From Planctomycetota bacterium (GTDB lineage: Bacteria; Planctomycetota; Brocadiia; JAADGH01): a DNA stretch of 64,000 nt. The notes beneath the pieces are model-generated. The model made no database searches. It was given only the letters and a program-made list of their open reading frames with translations, and was not told the DNA's origin. Made by a program: the position numbers and the translations under genes. Of the stretch, positions 17,554 through 27,404 are shown piece after piece. The DNA lies in assembly GCA_040755855.1 (NCBI GenBank), contig JBFMAD010000001.1:256001-320000 (forward strand). Direction: 5' to 3'. How positions within the stretch are numbered: the stretch's first letter is position 1; each line of letters begins with the position of its first letter.

Positions 17554-19905
17554 ATGAACGAGATACACATTGACAAGATTGCTGGTGAGCTTAAACTGCA
17601 AGTCCGTCAGGTGAAGGCGGTTGCCGAACTCTTCGCAGCCGAGGCCACCGTCGCTTTTATCGCTCGTTACCGCAAGGAAGCGACCGGCGGCGTGGACGAG
17701 GTGGTTGTCATCGCCATTCGTGATCGCCTCGAACAACTCGACGCCCTGGACAAGCGCCGGGCGACGATCCTCAAGTCCATCGAGGAACAAGGCAAGCTCA
17801 GCGATGATCTCAAGGCGAGCATCCTGGCTGCGGAGACCTTGAGCGCCCTCGAGGATATCTACCTGCCCTACCGCCCCAAGCGCCGGACGCGCGCCACCGT
17901 CGCGCAGGAGAGGGGCCTGGAGCCGCTGGCGAAGTTGCTCTTCGAACAGGGCGATGTTGATCCCGCCGCGGAAGCCGCGAAATACGTCAACCCGGAAAGG
18001 GAAGTCAACACACCCGACGACGCCCTCGCCGGGGCGCGCGACATCATCGCCGAGTGGGTCAACGAGGACCCGGAGGCGCGCGCTGAACTGCGCGACCTCT
18101 TCGCCAGGAAGGCCCTTGTCCGCAGCAAGGTCGTCGAGGGCAAGGAGACCGACGGCGCGAACTACAAGGACTACTTCGACTGGCAGGAGCCGTTGACCAA
18201 AATCCCTTCTCATCGCATGTTGGCCATTCGGCGCGGCGCAAAGGAGGGCTTCCTCGCCTACTCCATCCACCCAGACGAACAGGAGGCCCTCGCCATCCTG
18301 ACCCGCCGATTTGTCAAAGCCGACAACGCCGCCGGCAGGCAGGTGAAGGCCGCCGTCGAGGACAGCTACAACCGGCTCCTCAATCTCTCCATGGAAACGG
18401 AGATGCGCGTCGAAAGCAAGAAGCGCGCCGACGAGGAGGCCATCCGCGTCTTCGCGGAGAATCTTCGCGTGCTGCTCCTGGCATCTCCCCTTGGGCAGAA
18501 GAACATCCTTGCCATTGACCCCGGACATCGCACGGGATGCAAGGTAGTCTGCCTCGACCGGCAGGGCAAGCTGCTCCACCACGACGCAATCTTTCCCCTT
18601 GAACCGCAGAACCAGAAGGAGGAGGCGGCCCAGAAGGTTCGCCAACTCGTCCAGCAGTTCGGCATCGAGGCCGTCGCCGTCGGCAACGGGACAGGCGGGC
18701 GCGAGGCCCACGCCTTCTGCCGGGGCCTCGAACTCGACAAGAACCTCCTGATCGAGATGGTCAACGAAAGCGGCGCGTCGGTTTACTCCGCCAGCAAGGC
18801 CGCTCGCGGGGAATTCCCCGATCAGGATGTCACCGTCCGCGGCGCTGTGTCCATCGGACGGCGGCTCATGGACCCCCTGGCCGAACTCGTGAAAATTGAC
18901 CCCAAGTCCATAGGCGTGGGACAATACCAGCACGACGTGGATCAGAAGGACCTGCGTAAAGCCCTCGACGACGTGGTCACGAGCTGCGTCAACGCCGTCG
19001 GCGTGGAGGTCAACACCGCCAGCAAGCAGCTCCTCCGCTATGTGTCCGGCCTCGGACCGAAGCTCGCTGAAACCATCGTGGCCCATCGCAACGAGCACGG
19101 CGCGTTCCGATCAAGGACCCACCTGATGGACGTGCCCGGCATGGGACCGAAGACCTTCGAGCAGGCGGCCGGCTTTCTCCGAATCCGCGATGGCGAAAAT
19201 CCGCTCGACGCCTCCGCCGTCCACCCGGAGAGCTACCCCATCGTGGAACGCATGGCCGCCGACATCGGCTGCGCGGTCGCCGACCTGATGCGGACCGGCG
19301 AACTGCGGGAGAAGATCCGGCTGGAGCAATATGTCACAGACACGGTCGGCATGCCCACGCTGACGGATATCGTCACGGAACTGGCCAAGCCCGGCCGCGA
19401 TCCACGGAAGGAATTCGAGGCCATGACCTTCGCCGAGGGCGTGCGGGAGATCGGTGACCTCCAACCCGGGATGAAGCTGCCCGGGGTCGTCACCAACGTG
19501 ACCAATTTTGGCGCGTTCGTGGATGTGGGAGTGCACCAGGACGGCTTGGTCCACATCAGCCAGCTTGCCGACCGATTCGTCAAGCGTCCGTCCGACGTGG
19601 TGAAGGTCGGGCAAAGGGTGGCGGTCACGGTGATCGAGGTGGACGCCGGGCGCACTCGCATCGCCCTATCCATGCGCCAGAACCCGGAACGCCCGCCGAA
19701 GGCGGAGCAGAGGACGCGCACCGAAGAAAAACCGCCCCCGCACGCGGAAGAAAGGCCGACGGAAGAGAGGCCGAAACGGCCTCGCAAACGCCGTCCACCG
19801 AAGAAGGCCCCCGAACCTGTGCAACCGGCGAAGGGCGGGCGTCCCGCAGGCTGGAACAATCCCATCGCAGGCTTCTTTAAGGACCGGAAGCAAGTGGAAA
19901 ATTGA
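17554..19905 (+). CDS. tex: Tex, RNA-binding transcriptional accessory protein
   Basis: FIARYRKEATG, LEDIYLPYRPKRRT, IDPG..GCK, VNESGASVYSAS, IGVGQYQHDV, S1 domain FGAFVDVGVHQDGLVHIS. ATG 17554 preferred. Confidence 0.95.
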   Translation: MNEIHIDKIAGELKLQVRQVKAVAELFAAEATVAFIARYRKEATGGVDEVVVIAIRDRLEQLDALDKRRATILKSIEEQGKLSDDLKASILAAETLSALEDIYLPYRPKRRTRATVAQERGLEPLAKLLFEQGDVDPAAEAAKYVNPEREVNTPDDALAGARDIIAEWVNEDPEARAELRDLFARKALVRSKVVEGKETDGANYKDYFDWQEPLTKIPSHRMLAIRRGAKEGFLAYSIHPDEQEALAILTRRFVKADNAAGRQVKAAVEDSYNRLLNLSMETEMRVESKKRADEEAIRVFAENLRVLLLASPLGQKNILAIDPGHRTGCKVVCLDRQGKLLHHDAIFPLEPQNQKEEAAQKVRQLVQQFGIEAVAVGNGTGGREAHAFCRGLELDKNLLIEMVNESGASVYSASKAARGEFPDQDVTVRGAVSIGRRLMDPLAELVKIDPKSIGVGQYQHDVDQKDLRKALDDVVTSCVNAVGVEVNTASKQLLRYVSGLGPKLAETIVAHRNEHGAFRSRTHLMDVPGMGPKTFEQAAGFLRIRDGENPLDASAVHPESYPIVERMAADIGCAVADLMRTGELREKIRLEQYVTDTVGMPTLTDIVTELAKPGRDPRKEFEAMTFAEGVREIGDLQPGMKLPGVVTNVTNFGAFVDVGVHQDGLVHISQLADRFVKRPSDVVKVGQRVAVTVIEVDAGRTRIALSMRQNPERPPKAEQRTRTEEKPPPHAEERPTEERPKRPRKRRPPKKAPEPVQPAKGGRPAGWNNPIAGFFKDRKQVEN

Positions 19906-19980
19906 CCGTTCGGACCATGGCAGTCATAGCGGGACCTTGATCCGCAATGGCAGGGCGCAGCAAGCAGGAAGGAGCGAATT

Positions 19981-20328
19981 ATGGAACTGAAAGTCATTAA
20001 AGAAAACGAGACCGTCACCCATGTTGCCTTGGCGGGGCGGCTGGATATCGCCGGCGTTCAGGACGTCGAGGGCGCGTTCATTGACCGCATCGCCGCCCGG
20101 AGGAAACCGGTGCTCGTGGACATGAGCGAGGTGGCGTTCCTCACCTCCACCGGCATTAGTATGCTCATCAAAGCGGCGGAGATCATGAAAAGTTATGGCG
20201 CCAGGATGGCGCTTCTGAAACCACAGCCCCTCGTCGCCGACACGCTGCGGGCGGCGGGAATAGACCACATCATGGGCATGACCGATGATGAGGAAAAGGC
20301 GATGAATCTGCTTAAGGCGGTCAAATAA
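19981..20328 (+). CDS. STAS-domain anti-sigma factor antagonist
   Basis: GRLD, VDMSEVAFLTSTGI; AAGGAG RBS. Confidence 0.85.
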   Translation: MELKVIKENETVTHVALAGRLDIAGVQDVEGAFIDRIAARRKPVLVDMSEVAFLTSTGISMLIKAAEIMKSYGARMALLKPQPLVADTLRAAGIDHIMGMTDDEEKAMNLLKAVK

Positions 20329-20377
20329 ACGCCCTCGACCAATTCCAAGAGCGCTCCGATCCGTGTAGAAGATATTT

Positions 20378-20800
20378 ATGACCGACGAACTTCATCTGAC
20401 CATCAGAAACAACTTCGCTGAAATGGAGCGAGTAACCCGCGCGGTTCTGGCCGTGATCGAACGCCAAGCCCTTTCGCCGAAGGCCGCCTACGCCGTCGAG
20501 CTGGCCGTCGAGGAAATCATTACGAACGTTATGAAGTACGCCTACAACGATACGGCGCCCCACGACATCGACATCCGAATCAGGTTCGAATCCACGCACG
20601 TTCATCTGCACTTCGAAGACGATGGTCGGGAATTCGATCCGGTGGCGGCGCCCGAGCCCGACACCACCAAGCCCATCGAGGAACGAAAGATCGGAGGCAT
20701 GGGCATCCACCTCGTGCGCGCCGTCGCCAGTTTCATTAACTACCGACGCGCAAACGGCAGAAACATTCTGGAGCTGAGCATCCGCCGCGATCTGACATGA
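20378..20800 (+). CDS. RsbW/SpoIIAB-like anti-sigma factor kinase (HATPase_c)
   Basis: LAVEEIITNVMKYAY, DDGREFDP, GGMGIHLV, N-x-L. Confidence 0.88.
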   Translation: MTDELHLTIRNNFAEMERVTRAVLAVIERQALSPKAAYAVELAVEEIITNVMKYAYNDTAPHDIDIRIRFESTHVHLHFEDDGREFDPVAAPEPDTTKPIEERKIGGMGIHLVRAVASFINYRRANGRNILELSIRRDLT

Positions 20801-20845
20801 TCAGCGAGGCTCCCTTCAACCTGTTACAATAGGAACAGTGATCCA

Positions 20846-23128
20846 ATGGCGCGTGCAGCAGATCTGGACGGCTTTCTCCCGAAGCGAATCTATGACAGCC
20901 ATGCCCATGTTTACCGACAGGCCCATCTGAATCTGACCGAGCCGTTGCCCATGCTCAGCGACATCGCCGATGTGACCCTCGCCCTCTGGCGGGAACGCAT
21001 CGGCGCACACGTAGGCGTGGACCGTCTGGTGGGCGGCCTTTTCTTCCCGCACCCGACGCCCCGATGCGACGTCGCCGCCGCGAACGAATGGCTTGCGAAC
21101 CAACTCGAAGCGGATCCCATGAGCCGCGGCCTGATCCTCATCACGCCGCAGTGCGACCAGACGCGCGTGGCCGGGGCGCTTCAGCGCCGTCAGATCGTCG
21201 GTTTCAAGCCGTATCACTTTTTCAGCCCGGAAGCGAACACATTCGAGGCGGGCATCGGAACGTTCCTGCCCGAATGGGCATGGCGCATGGCTGACGACCG
21301 CCGCCTTATCATCATGCTGCACCTGGTCAAGCACCCGGCGCTCGCCGACCGGGCCAACCAGGAATACCTCCGCGCCCACTGCAAGCAGCACCCGAACGCC
21401 GCATTGATTCTGGCCCATGCGGCGCGAGGGTTTTGCCCGAGGAATTTGCAGGATGGGATCGCCGCCCTTGATGGATTGGACAACGTGTGGTTCGACACAT
21501 CCGCCGTCTGCGAGGCGGCCCCGATCCTTACGATCCTTCAGCGCTTCGGGCCGCGCAGACTGCTATGGGGAAGCGATTTTCCCGTCTGCGAAATGACGGG
21601 CAAGTGCGTCTCCGTCGGCGACAGTTTCATCTGGCTCGACGAAAAGACCGTGAACTGGAACGCCCTCAAAACGCCCTGCACCCCCGCTACCGTCGGCCTG
21701 GAATCGCTCTCGGCGCTGAAGGACGCAACCGACGGCTTCGGTCTTAACGAGGACGACTTACAGGACATCTTCTGCCGAAATGCAAATCGGCTGCTCGGAT
21801 TTGAACCGGTTGAAGAGGACCGAACGCATTCCCTATACACCCACGCCAAGACCCGCATCCCCGGCGGGACCCAGCTCCTGAGCAAGCGACCGGAGATGAT
21901 GGCCCCGAACCAGTGGCCGGCCTACTTCCGCGAGGCCCGCGGCTGCGAGACGTGGGACCTCGACGGGCGGCGCTACTTCGACATGTCCACCAACGGCATC
22001 GGCGCATGTCTCCTTGGCTTCCGTGATCCCGACGTCACACGGGCCGTGCAGCGTCGGATCAGTCTCGGCTCGATGAGCACGCTGAACCCGCCGGAGGAAG
22101 TGGCGCTGGCCGACAAGCTCTGCGAACTTCATCCCTGGGCCGAGTGCGCCCGGTTCGCACGCACCGGCGGCGAGATCGCAGCCGTCGCCGTTCGCATCGC
22201 CCGGGCGACAACGAAGCGCTCCCTCGTAGCCGTCTGCGGCTACCACGGCTGGCACGACTGGTATCTGGCGGCGAACCTGGGCGAGACGGACGCCCTCGAC
22301 GGCCACCTCCTACCCGGCCTCGATCCGGGGGGCGTGCCGAGGGAACTGGCCGGCACGACGATCACCTTCCGCTACAACGATTTCGACGCCTTCGCCGACC
22401 TGATGCGACGGCACGGCGACCGGCTTGCGGCGGTGGTCATGGAACCTCTCCGCCGCGACCCGCCCAAGCCGGGCTTCCTGGAACTGATCCGGCAGGAGAC
22501 GCGCAAGCGCGGCGCGCTGTTGGTGATTGACGAGATCACCATCGGCTGGCGCCTGGCCCTCGGCGGCGCGCACCTTAGCTACGGTCTGGAGCCGGACCTT
22601 GCGATCTTCGCCAAGGCCCTCGGCAACGGCCATCCCATCGCCGCCGTGATCGGTACAAAGGCGGCCATGGAGGGCGCGCACACGTCGTTCATCAGCAGCA
22701 CCTACTGGACGGAAAGCGTGGGGCCGGCGGCCGCGCTGGCGACGATCGAGAAGATGGAGCGGATCAATATCCCCGCGCACGTGAGGCGCGTCGGCGAAAA
22801 GGTGCTTGGATTTTGGAAGCTGCACGCGGCGAAGCACGGTCTCCCCGTCGTCACGGATGAGGCCCGTCCATGCCTCGCGCATTTCCACTTCGACCACGAG
22901 CTGTCGGAGGATCTCCGGACGCTTTACACGCAGCTCATGCTCGAACGTGGCTTCCTGGCGGGGGCGGGGCTTTACGCAACCTTGGCCCACACCGACGAGA
23001 TTCTGGACCTCTACGGCGCGGCCATTGACGACGTGTTTTCCGAGATTGCGAAAACCTTGTCCGCGGGCAAGGTGAAGGACCGCCTTAGAGGCCCGGTAGC
23101 CCACGCCGGGTTCCGTCGGCTGGTGTAG
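20846..23128 (+). CDS. Fusion protein: amidohydrolase family 2 plus class III PLP aminotransferase
   Basis: N-half YDSHAH, GFKPYH, ILAHAARG, LWGSDFP; C-half IPGGTQLLSKRP, GYHGWHDW, DEITIGWR, FAKALGNG (PLP Lys). Confidence 0.85.
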   Translation: MARAADLDGFLPKRIYDSHAHVYRQAHLNLTEPLPMLSDIADVTLALWRERIGAHVGVDRLVGGLFFPHPTPRCDVAAANEWLANQLEADPMSRGLILITPQCDQTRVAGALQRRQIVGFKPYHFFSPEANTFEAGIGTFLPEWAWRMADDRRLIIMLHLVKHPALADRANQEYLRAHCKQHPNAALILAHAARGFCPRNLQDGIAALDGLDNVWFDTSAVCEAAPILTILQRFGPRRLLWGSDFPVCEMTGKCVSVGDSFIWLDEKTVNWNALKTPCTPATVGLESLSALKDATDGFGLNEDDLQDIFCRNANRLLGFEPVEEDRTHSLYTHAKTRIPGGTQLLSKRPEMMAPNQWPAYFREARGCETWDLDGRRYFDMSTNGIGACLLGFRDPDVTRAVQRRISLGSMSTLNPPEEVALADKLCELHPWAECARFARTGGEIAAVAVRIARATTKRSLVAVCGYHGWHDWYLAANLGETDALDGHLLPGLDPGGVPRELAGTTITFRYNDFDAFADLMRRHGDRLAAVVMEPLRRDPPKPGFLELIRQETRKRGALLVIDEITIGWRLALGGAHLSYGLEPDLAIFAKALGNGHPIAAVIGTKAAMEGAHTSFISSTYWTESVGPAAALATIEKMERINIPAHVRRVGEKVLGFWKLHAAKHGLPVVTDEARPCLAHFHFDHELSEDLRTLYTQLMLERGFLAGAGLYATLAHTDEILDLYGAAIDDVFSEIAKTLSAGKVKDRLRGPVAHAGFRRLV

Positions 23129-23143
23129 TAGCGGTAGCAGCCG

Positions 23144-26100
23144 CTACATCGGATTGTCCCACGGCGCATAGTTCCAGTTCTGGAACAGGTTCATCGCCGC
23201 CCGGTCCACCGCCGGGTTCTGCGGCAGCATGAGCAGGGCATCGAGGCAGGTCCCCATGCCGGCCCCGATGGTCAGGCGATGCGCGCCCGCCGCCAGCTCG
23301 ATATCCGGCAGCCGATACCACGACCAGTGGCCGTACTGCTCGCCATAGTGGGCAAACATCTTGGTGTGGGCGCTCTGCGGGCTGGTCCAGTCCGTGAACC
23401 CGATCATGGCGGTTGGCCGGAAGTTGCGCGCCTTGCCGCCGTCGAGGGACAGCGTCATGGCCGTGTTGCCGTTCTCCTCCCACCTGGCCCTGAACCACAT
23501 GGCATACGTCCCGGCGGATGGTGCATTGAGATCGAACGCAAGTCGCCCGTCGCCGGCAAAGGCCACGATCTTTGCGCCGCTCGCCTCAGGCAGATCGGCG
23601 GGCTTCGCCTCTCCTGTGATCTCCGCAGCGGCCTCGGCCTCCTGCGCCATCGCCGCCCGGGCAACAAGGACCTGCGTGGGCGCGCGCCGCTCGCGATCCC
23701 CGCTCCGCACGACCACCTGGAAAGCGCGGATGTCGCCCTCGATCGTATCGCCTGTCCCTATGAGGAACGCACGGCCCGTCTTGTCGGCGCGCTTGCACTC
23801 CCAGCCCTCCGGCAGATTCGCAATCGTGACGGTCCCGTCCGACCGCCCCAACAGGGAGACCTGAACCGGAAGCGTTCCCTTCGGAGGAACGACGAACACA
23901 TTTCGGTGCGCCTCGCCGCTGTTCATGTAATAGCTGACGGCGTTGAGTCCGATGCCCGCGTCGCTCTTGCGCCGCTCGACCCAACGGCAGGTCGTCTTGA
24001 TCGTAGTGCTCGGCTTGCCGTGGAACGTGATGCGGTTGCTTCCCTTCCGCAGCTTCCCCGGCAGCGAGAGAGGCGAGACCACGAACGTCGTGCGCACCGC
24101 AAGGTCCTTCAGACTCGCCTTGGTATTCGGGGCCAATTCGAGTTTCAGCCAGCAGGCATAGTATCCCATCACCTCCCGCGTCAGGTGGACGGCCATCCCG
24201 CCTTTGTTCGCGCCGCTACGCCACATATCGTTCCAGTTCTGGCCCTGATCGAAAGACAATGTTAGGCGCACCGCGTCGTCTTGCGCCGCCGCGTGCGATC
24301 CAGTGATGCGCAAGTCCGATAGGATATAAGGGCACTGGATGCGATAGAACAGGCTCGCCTCCTTTGTTGGGTCAACGGGCTGAAGCGTTCGCCCATCGAG
24401 CCGGAGATTATTGAAAACGGCAGCGTCGCCCTGCACCGTCGGCTCGTAGAGGATAGCGCCGTTGCCGAAGTACGGTGGAATCTTCGCCAGTGGGATCGGG
24501 CTGCGGTCCTTCTCCGTCACCTCAAACCACCGCCCCTCATTGTGCCAGCAGACGCTTGCCCGCTCGCCCGGCCGGAGAAAGAAGTCCATGTTGTGGGGCC
24601 GTTCGGCAGAGCCGAAGGTGGCCGAGCTCTTTCGACCGGGAATCCATGCGTTGAAGTCCCCGCCCTGTCGGAGTTTGAGCCATGGATCGTCCTCCATGTG
24701 TCTCCGTCCGATCACGGTCTCGTCGTCGCGGTCGAGCCAGTAAATCCGCGAGGAGAGATCGAACAGCCGCCAGGCCCCCTTGTAGAAGGCTTGCTCAAAC
24801 TGGTGGTGCGTGCCGGATGCGTTGCTCGATGAAATACCGACGGCCAGGAAGAGCTTGCGGAGCACGTGGTTGAGCGGCCCGCACTGATCGAAGGGATAGA
24901 TGTTGATCCCCTTCGTGAAGACGTAGGACACGCGAGGCCGATGCCGCCCGTCCGGCAGCGTCTCGGCGTAGTGCGCGTCGAAGTAGTTGGTCACCTCCAC
25001 GGCGTACTTGAAGGCCAGGAACGCCCGCTCCGCATCATCCTTGACATTCGGAGCGAGGGTCGCCGCGATGCTTTCCGCGCTGAAGGGCAGCACGTTGTCG
25101 TTCGCCCGCCAGCGTGGGAGCAGCGTGGTCTCCGCGGACTTGGCGTCGGACCGCTCGAACGTGATCGAGCGCATCAACGGCTCGAGGTCCCCGCCCACGT
25201 CCAATGCAAAGGCGTCGTCGCCGCCGGCGACCATGCGGGTAATTTCGCATTCGCAAAATTCCACAAAGCGGGGATCGGGCAGGGCCACGAACGCGCGTCG
25301 GGCCGGCAGGTTGTTCTCCGCACGGTTCTTCTCGAAAAGTCCCTCGGGCGGGCGCGGCTTCACGACGACCATCCGGCTCTCTATATTCCCATCCTTGTTG
25401 ATCTCGATCGGCGCAGTCTCCTCCAGGGGCTGGAGCTCGCACGACAGGTGGCCCTGCACGTACCGGTCGTCGGAATCGTGCACGCCGTGTCGCTCGTTCT
25501 CGAAGCGCCACAGCGCGCGGGTGTGCTCGTCCACCTTGAATTCCTCGCGCGGCGGCGCGAACTCGCCCGTGTAGCGCTCGACATCGGAAACCCGAAACTC
25601 GTCCATCACCGCTTCGGCGGCGAATTCCGCTCGTTCGTTGCAGTCCCCGCCGATGAATGCCTGCATCGGCAGGCTGCGCTTGTCGTCCTCCGTAACGCCC
25701 AGGCCCGCCAGCTTCTCGTCGCCCTTGGCCGCAAGGCTGAACGGCCACGGCTCCTTGCCGGGACCGTCGCTCGCCGCCGGTTTTCCATCCACGAACAACT
25801 GCATGTGCGCCTTCGACAGGTCCCACGTGGCCGCGATGTGATGCCATGCGTCCGCCTTCAGAGACGCCGAGCCCTGGATCGTGTGCGGCTTGGCGTTGGA
25901 GTCGCCGATGGTGAACTCGATCTGGTTCTTCCCTCTCGCATCGCACTTCCGCAAGCGGCACTGGAGCCGGTGCATATAGGCCTTCGCGTCGAAGAAGATG
26001 TGCTCCTTCCCATCGTCGCTGTTCCACTTCGGCTTGCACCAGAACTCGATCGTCCCCGCCGCTACCCCCCAGTGGGCGGACTTCGGGTCGGGGTTGTAGG

Positions 26101-27190
26101 CGTTCGCGGTCAGCGTACCCTCCGATGCGCCGTTGAAGGCCAGACGCCGTTGCCCCGTGAACTCGAAGCCGCGGTTGAGGGGCGCGCTCGGCAGCGCACC
26201 CTCGGCGAACCCCGCATGGCTCTCCGCGGGCCAGGGCCATCGCTCGCCGGGGCGGACGACGACTCTGTCGAGCCAGACCGTGAAATGAGACTCCGGTCCC
26301 GTGACCGCTTTTCCCGTATCGGCGTCGCGGGCTTCGCAGCGCACGCGAATCACCACGTCCACCGTCGCCGCCGCCGGGGCGAACCTGCCCCGTTCGCAGA
26401 ACTGAACCATCTGCCCCTGGGCCAGCTCCAGACTGAGCCATCGGGGCTGGACGGCGTACTCCGGGATGCGCGAGCCGTCCGCCCGGAATTGCTGCAGCTC
26501 CACCGTCATCGGCGCGCCGTAGGCCGCCCGCTCCGCCAGGAGGTCGCTCTCAAACACCATCTCCTGCCCGGCAAACCGGCGGACGTCAATCTTTTGGGAG
26601 ATCATGGCGATGCGGCCCGTCGTCCCGGGCGTCTTCTCATCCACCGCGATCCTCACCGACCGCTCGCCGGCGGCGCGGTTGAATTTCGCAAGAGTGAATA
26701 ATTCGGGCGGGGATACCTGCCATCCATCCGGCCGACCGTCCTTCTCGATCTCGAAGCCCGCGTTCGCAAGCAGGTTCTCAGGTGGGAGGGATGCGGCGTC
26801 GTAGTTCGGCTTCTCGATGCCGCGGTCCTTCGTATCGAAGTAGATGTGCGCCGCGCCGACGGTATTTATCTTGGGCTGTGCGATCCATGTCACATAAACC
26901 TGTTCCCGCCCCCGACGCGCGTCGAATTCCGTGCGAACCGCCGACGGGACTTCCCGGCCATCCTCGACGACGCGGACGGATGCGGGGTCGAACTCGCCAG
27001 CGATGCCGGCCTTCTTCAGCAACAGGGGGAAGTCCACCGCCGCCTCGACCGGTCTGTGGGCCTCATCGCGGTACGGCGTCGAACGCGTGACCGTGGTGCG
27101 ATACCTCCACGTCGCGTTCCACCACTCCGCACCCGCCGCCGAACCTGTCATCAAAGCCAGACATACCATCATCAAGAATTGTCCTCGCAT
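23144..27190 (-). CDS. Large secreted multidomain protein (CBM-like, LamG-like, transglutaminase-like domains)
   Basis: Signal peptide; WWNATWRYR N-domain; NLLANAGFE CBM-like; GTIEFW..WHHIAATWD..LFVDG..DEFRVS LamG-like; DQCG..HHQFE..WRLFD. Confidence 0.65.
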   Translation of the reverse strand: MRGQFLMMVCLALMTGSAAGAEWWNATWRYRTTVTRSTPYRDEAHRPVEAAVDFPLLLKKAGIAGEFDPASVRVVEDGREVPSAVRTEFDARRGREQVYVTWIAQPKINTVGAAHIYFDTKDRGIEKPNYDAASLPPENLLANAGFEIEKDGRPDGWQVSPPELFTLAKFNRAAGERSVRIAVDEKTPGTTGRIAMISQKIDVRRFAGQEMVFESDLLAERAAYGAPMTVELQQFRADGSRIPEYAVQPRWLSLELAQGQMVQFCERGRFAPAAATVDVVIRVRCEARDADTGKAVTGPESHFTVWLDRVVVRPGERWPWPAESHAGFAEGALPSAPLNRGFEFTGQRRLAFNGASEGTLTANAYNPDPKSAHWGVAAGTIEFWCKPKWNSDDGKEHIFFDAKAYMHRLQCRLRKCDARGKNQIEFTIGDSNAKPHTIQGSASLKADAWHHIAATWDLSKAHMQLFVDGKPAASDGPGKEPWPFSLAAKGDEKLAGLGVTEDDKRSLPMQAFIGGDCNERAEFAAEAVMDEFRVSDVERYTGEFAPPREEFKVDEHTRALWRFENERHGVHDSDDRYVQGHLSCELQPLEETAPIEINKDGNIESRMVVVKPRPPEGLFEKNRAENNLPARRAFVALPDPRFVEFCECEITRMVAGGDDAFALDVGGDLEPLMRSITFERSDAKSAETTLLPRWRANDNVLPFSAESIAATLAPNVKDDAERAFLAFKYAVEVTNYFDAHYAETLPDGRHRPRVSYVFTKGINIYPFDQCGPLNHVLRKLFLAVGISSSNASGTHHQFEQAFYKGAWRLFDLSSRIYWLDRDDETVIGRRHMEDDPWLKLRQGGDFNAWIPGRKSSATFGSAERPHNMDFFLRPGERASVCWHNEGRWFEVTEKDRSPIPLAKIPPYFGNGAILYEPTVQGDAAVFNNLRLDGRTLQPVDPTKEASLFYRIQCPYILSDLRITGSHAAAQDDAVRLTLSFDQGQNWNDMWRSGANKGGMAVHLTREVMGYYACWLKLELAPNTKASLKDLAVRTTFVVSPLSLPGKLRKGSNRITFHGKPSTTIKTTCRWVERRKSDAGIGLNAVSYYMNSGEAHRNVFVVPPKGTLPVQVSLLGRSDGTVTIANLPEGWECKRADKTGRAFLIGTGDTIEGDIRAFQVVVRSGDRERRAPTQVLVARAAMAQEAEAAAEITGEAKPADLPEASGAKIVAFAGDGRLAFDLNAPSAGTYAMWFRARWEENGNTAMTLSLDGGKARNFRPTAMIGFTDWTSPQSAHTKMFAHYGEQYGHWSWYRLPDIELAAGAHRLTIGAGMGTCLDALLMLPQNPAVDRAAMNLFQNWNYAPWDNPM

Positions 27191-27318
27191 GGTAAACTCC
27201 TCCGAAACCTATCCACGAACCTGCGCCATTCCACCCTTGCCCCAACATTATAGCAATGGCAGGAGCGGATAGAAGAGACTATTTGCGAACCTTGATTTAA
27301 CCTTCCCCACCAAATTGG

Positions 27319-27346
27319 TTGACATTGTCCGCAATCCCGGTAAAAT
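27319..27346 (+). promoter_or_regulatory. Candidate sigma70 promoter for the FMN-binding/polyferredoxin operon
   Basis: TTGACA-16 nt-TAAAAT. Confidence 0.55.
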
Positions 27347-27404
27347 AGCATAAAGGCTTCTACGAAGGGGTTTATACCTCGATCAAGACGTAAAGGAAGG
27401 CGCG

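Noticed and set aside
21830..23128. hemL (glutamate-1-semialdehyde aminomutase for tetrapyrrole synthesis)
   Set aside because: Lacks the PGGVNSPVR signature, is fused to an amidohydrolase, and has no hem genes around it.
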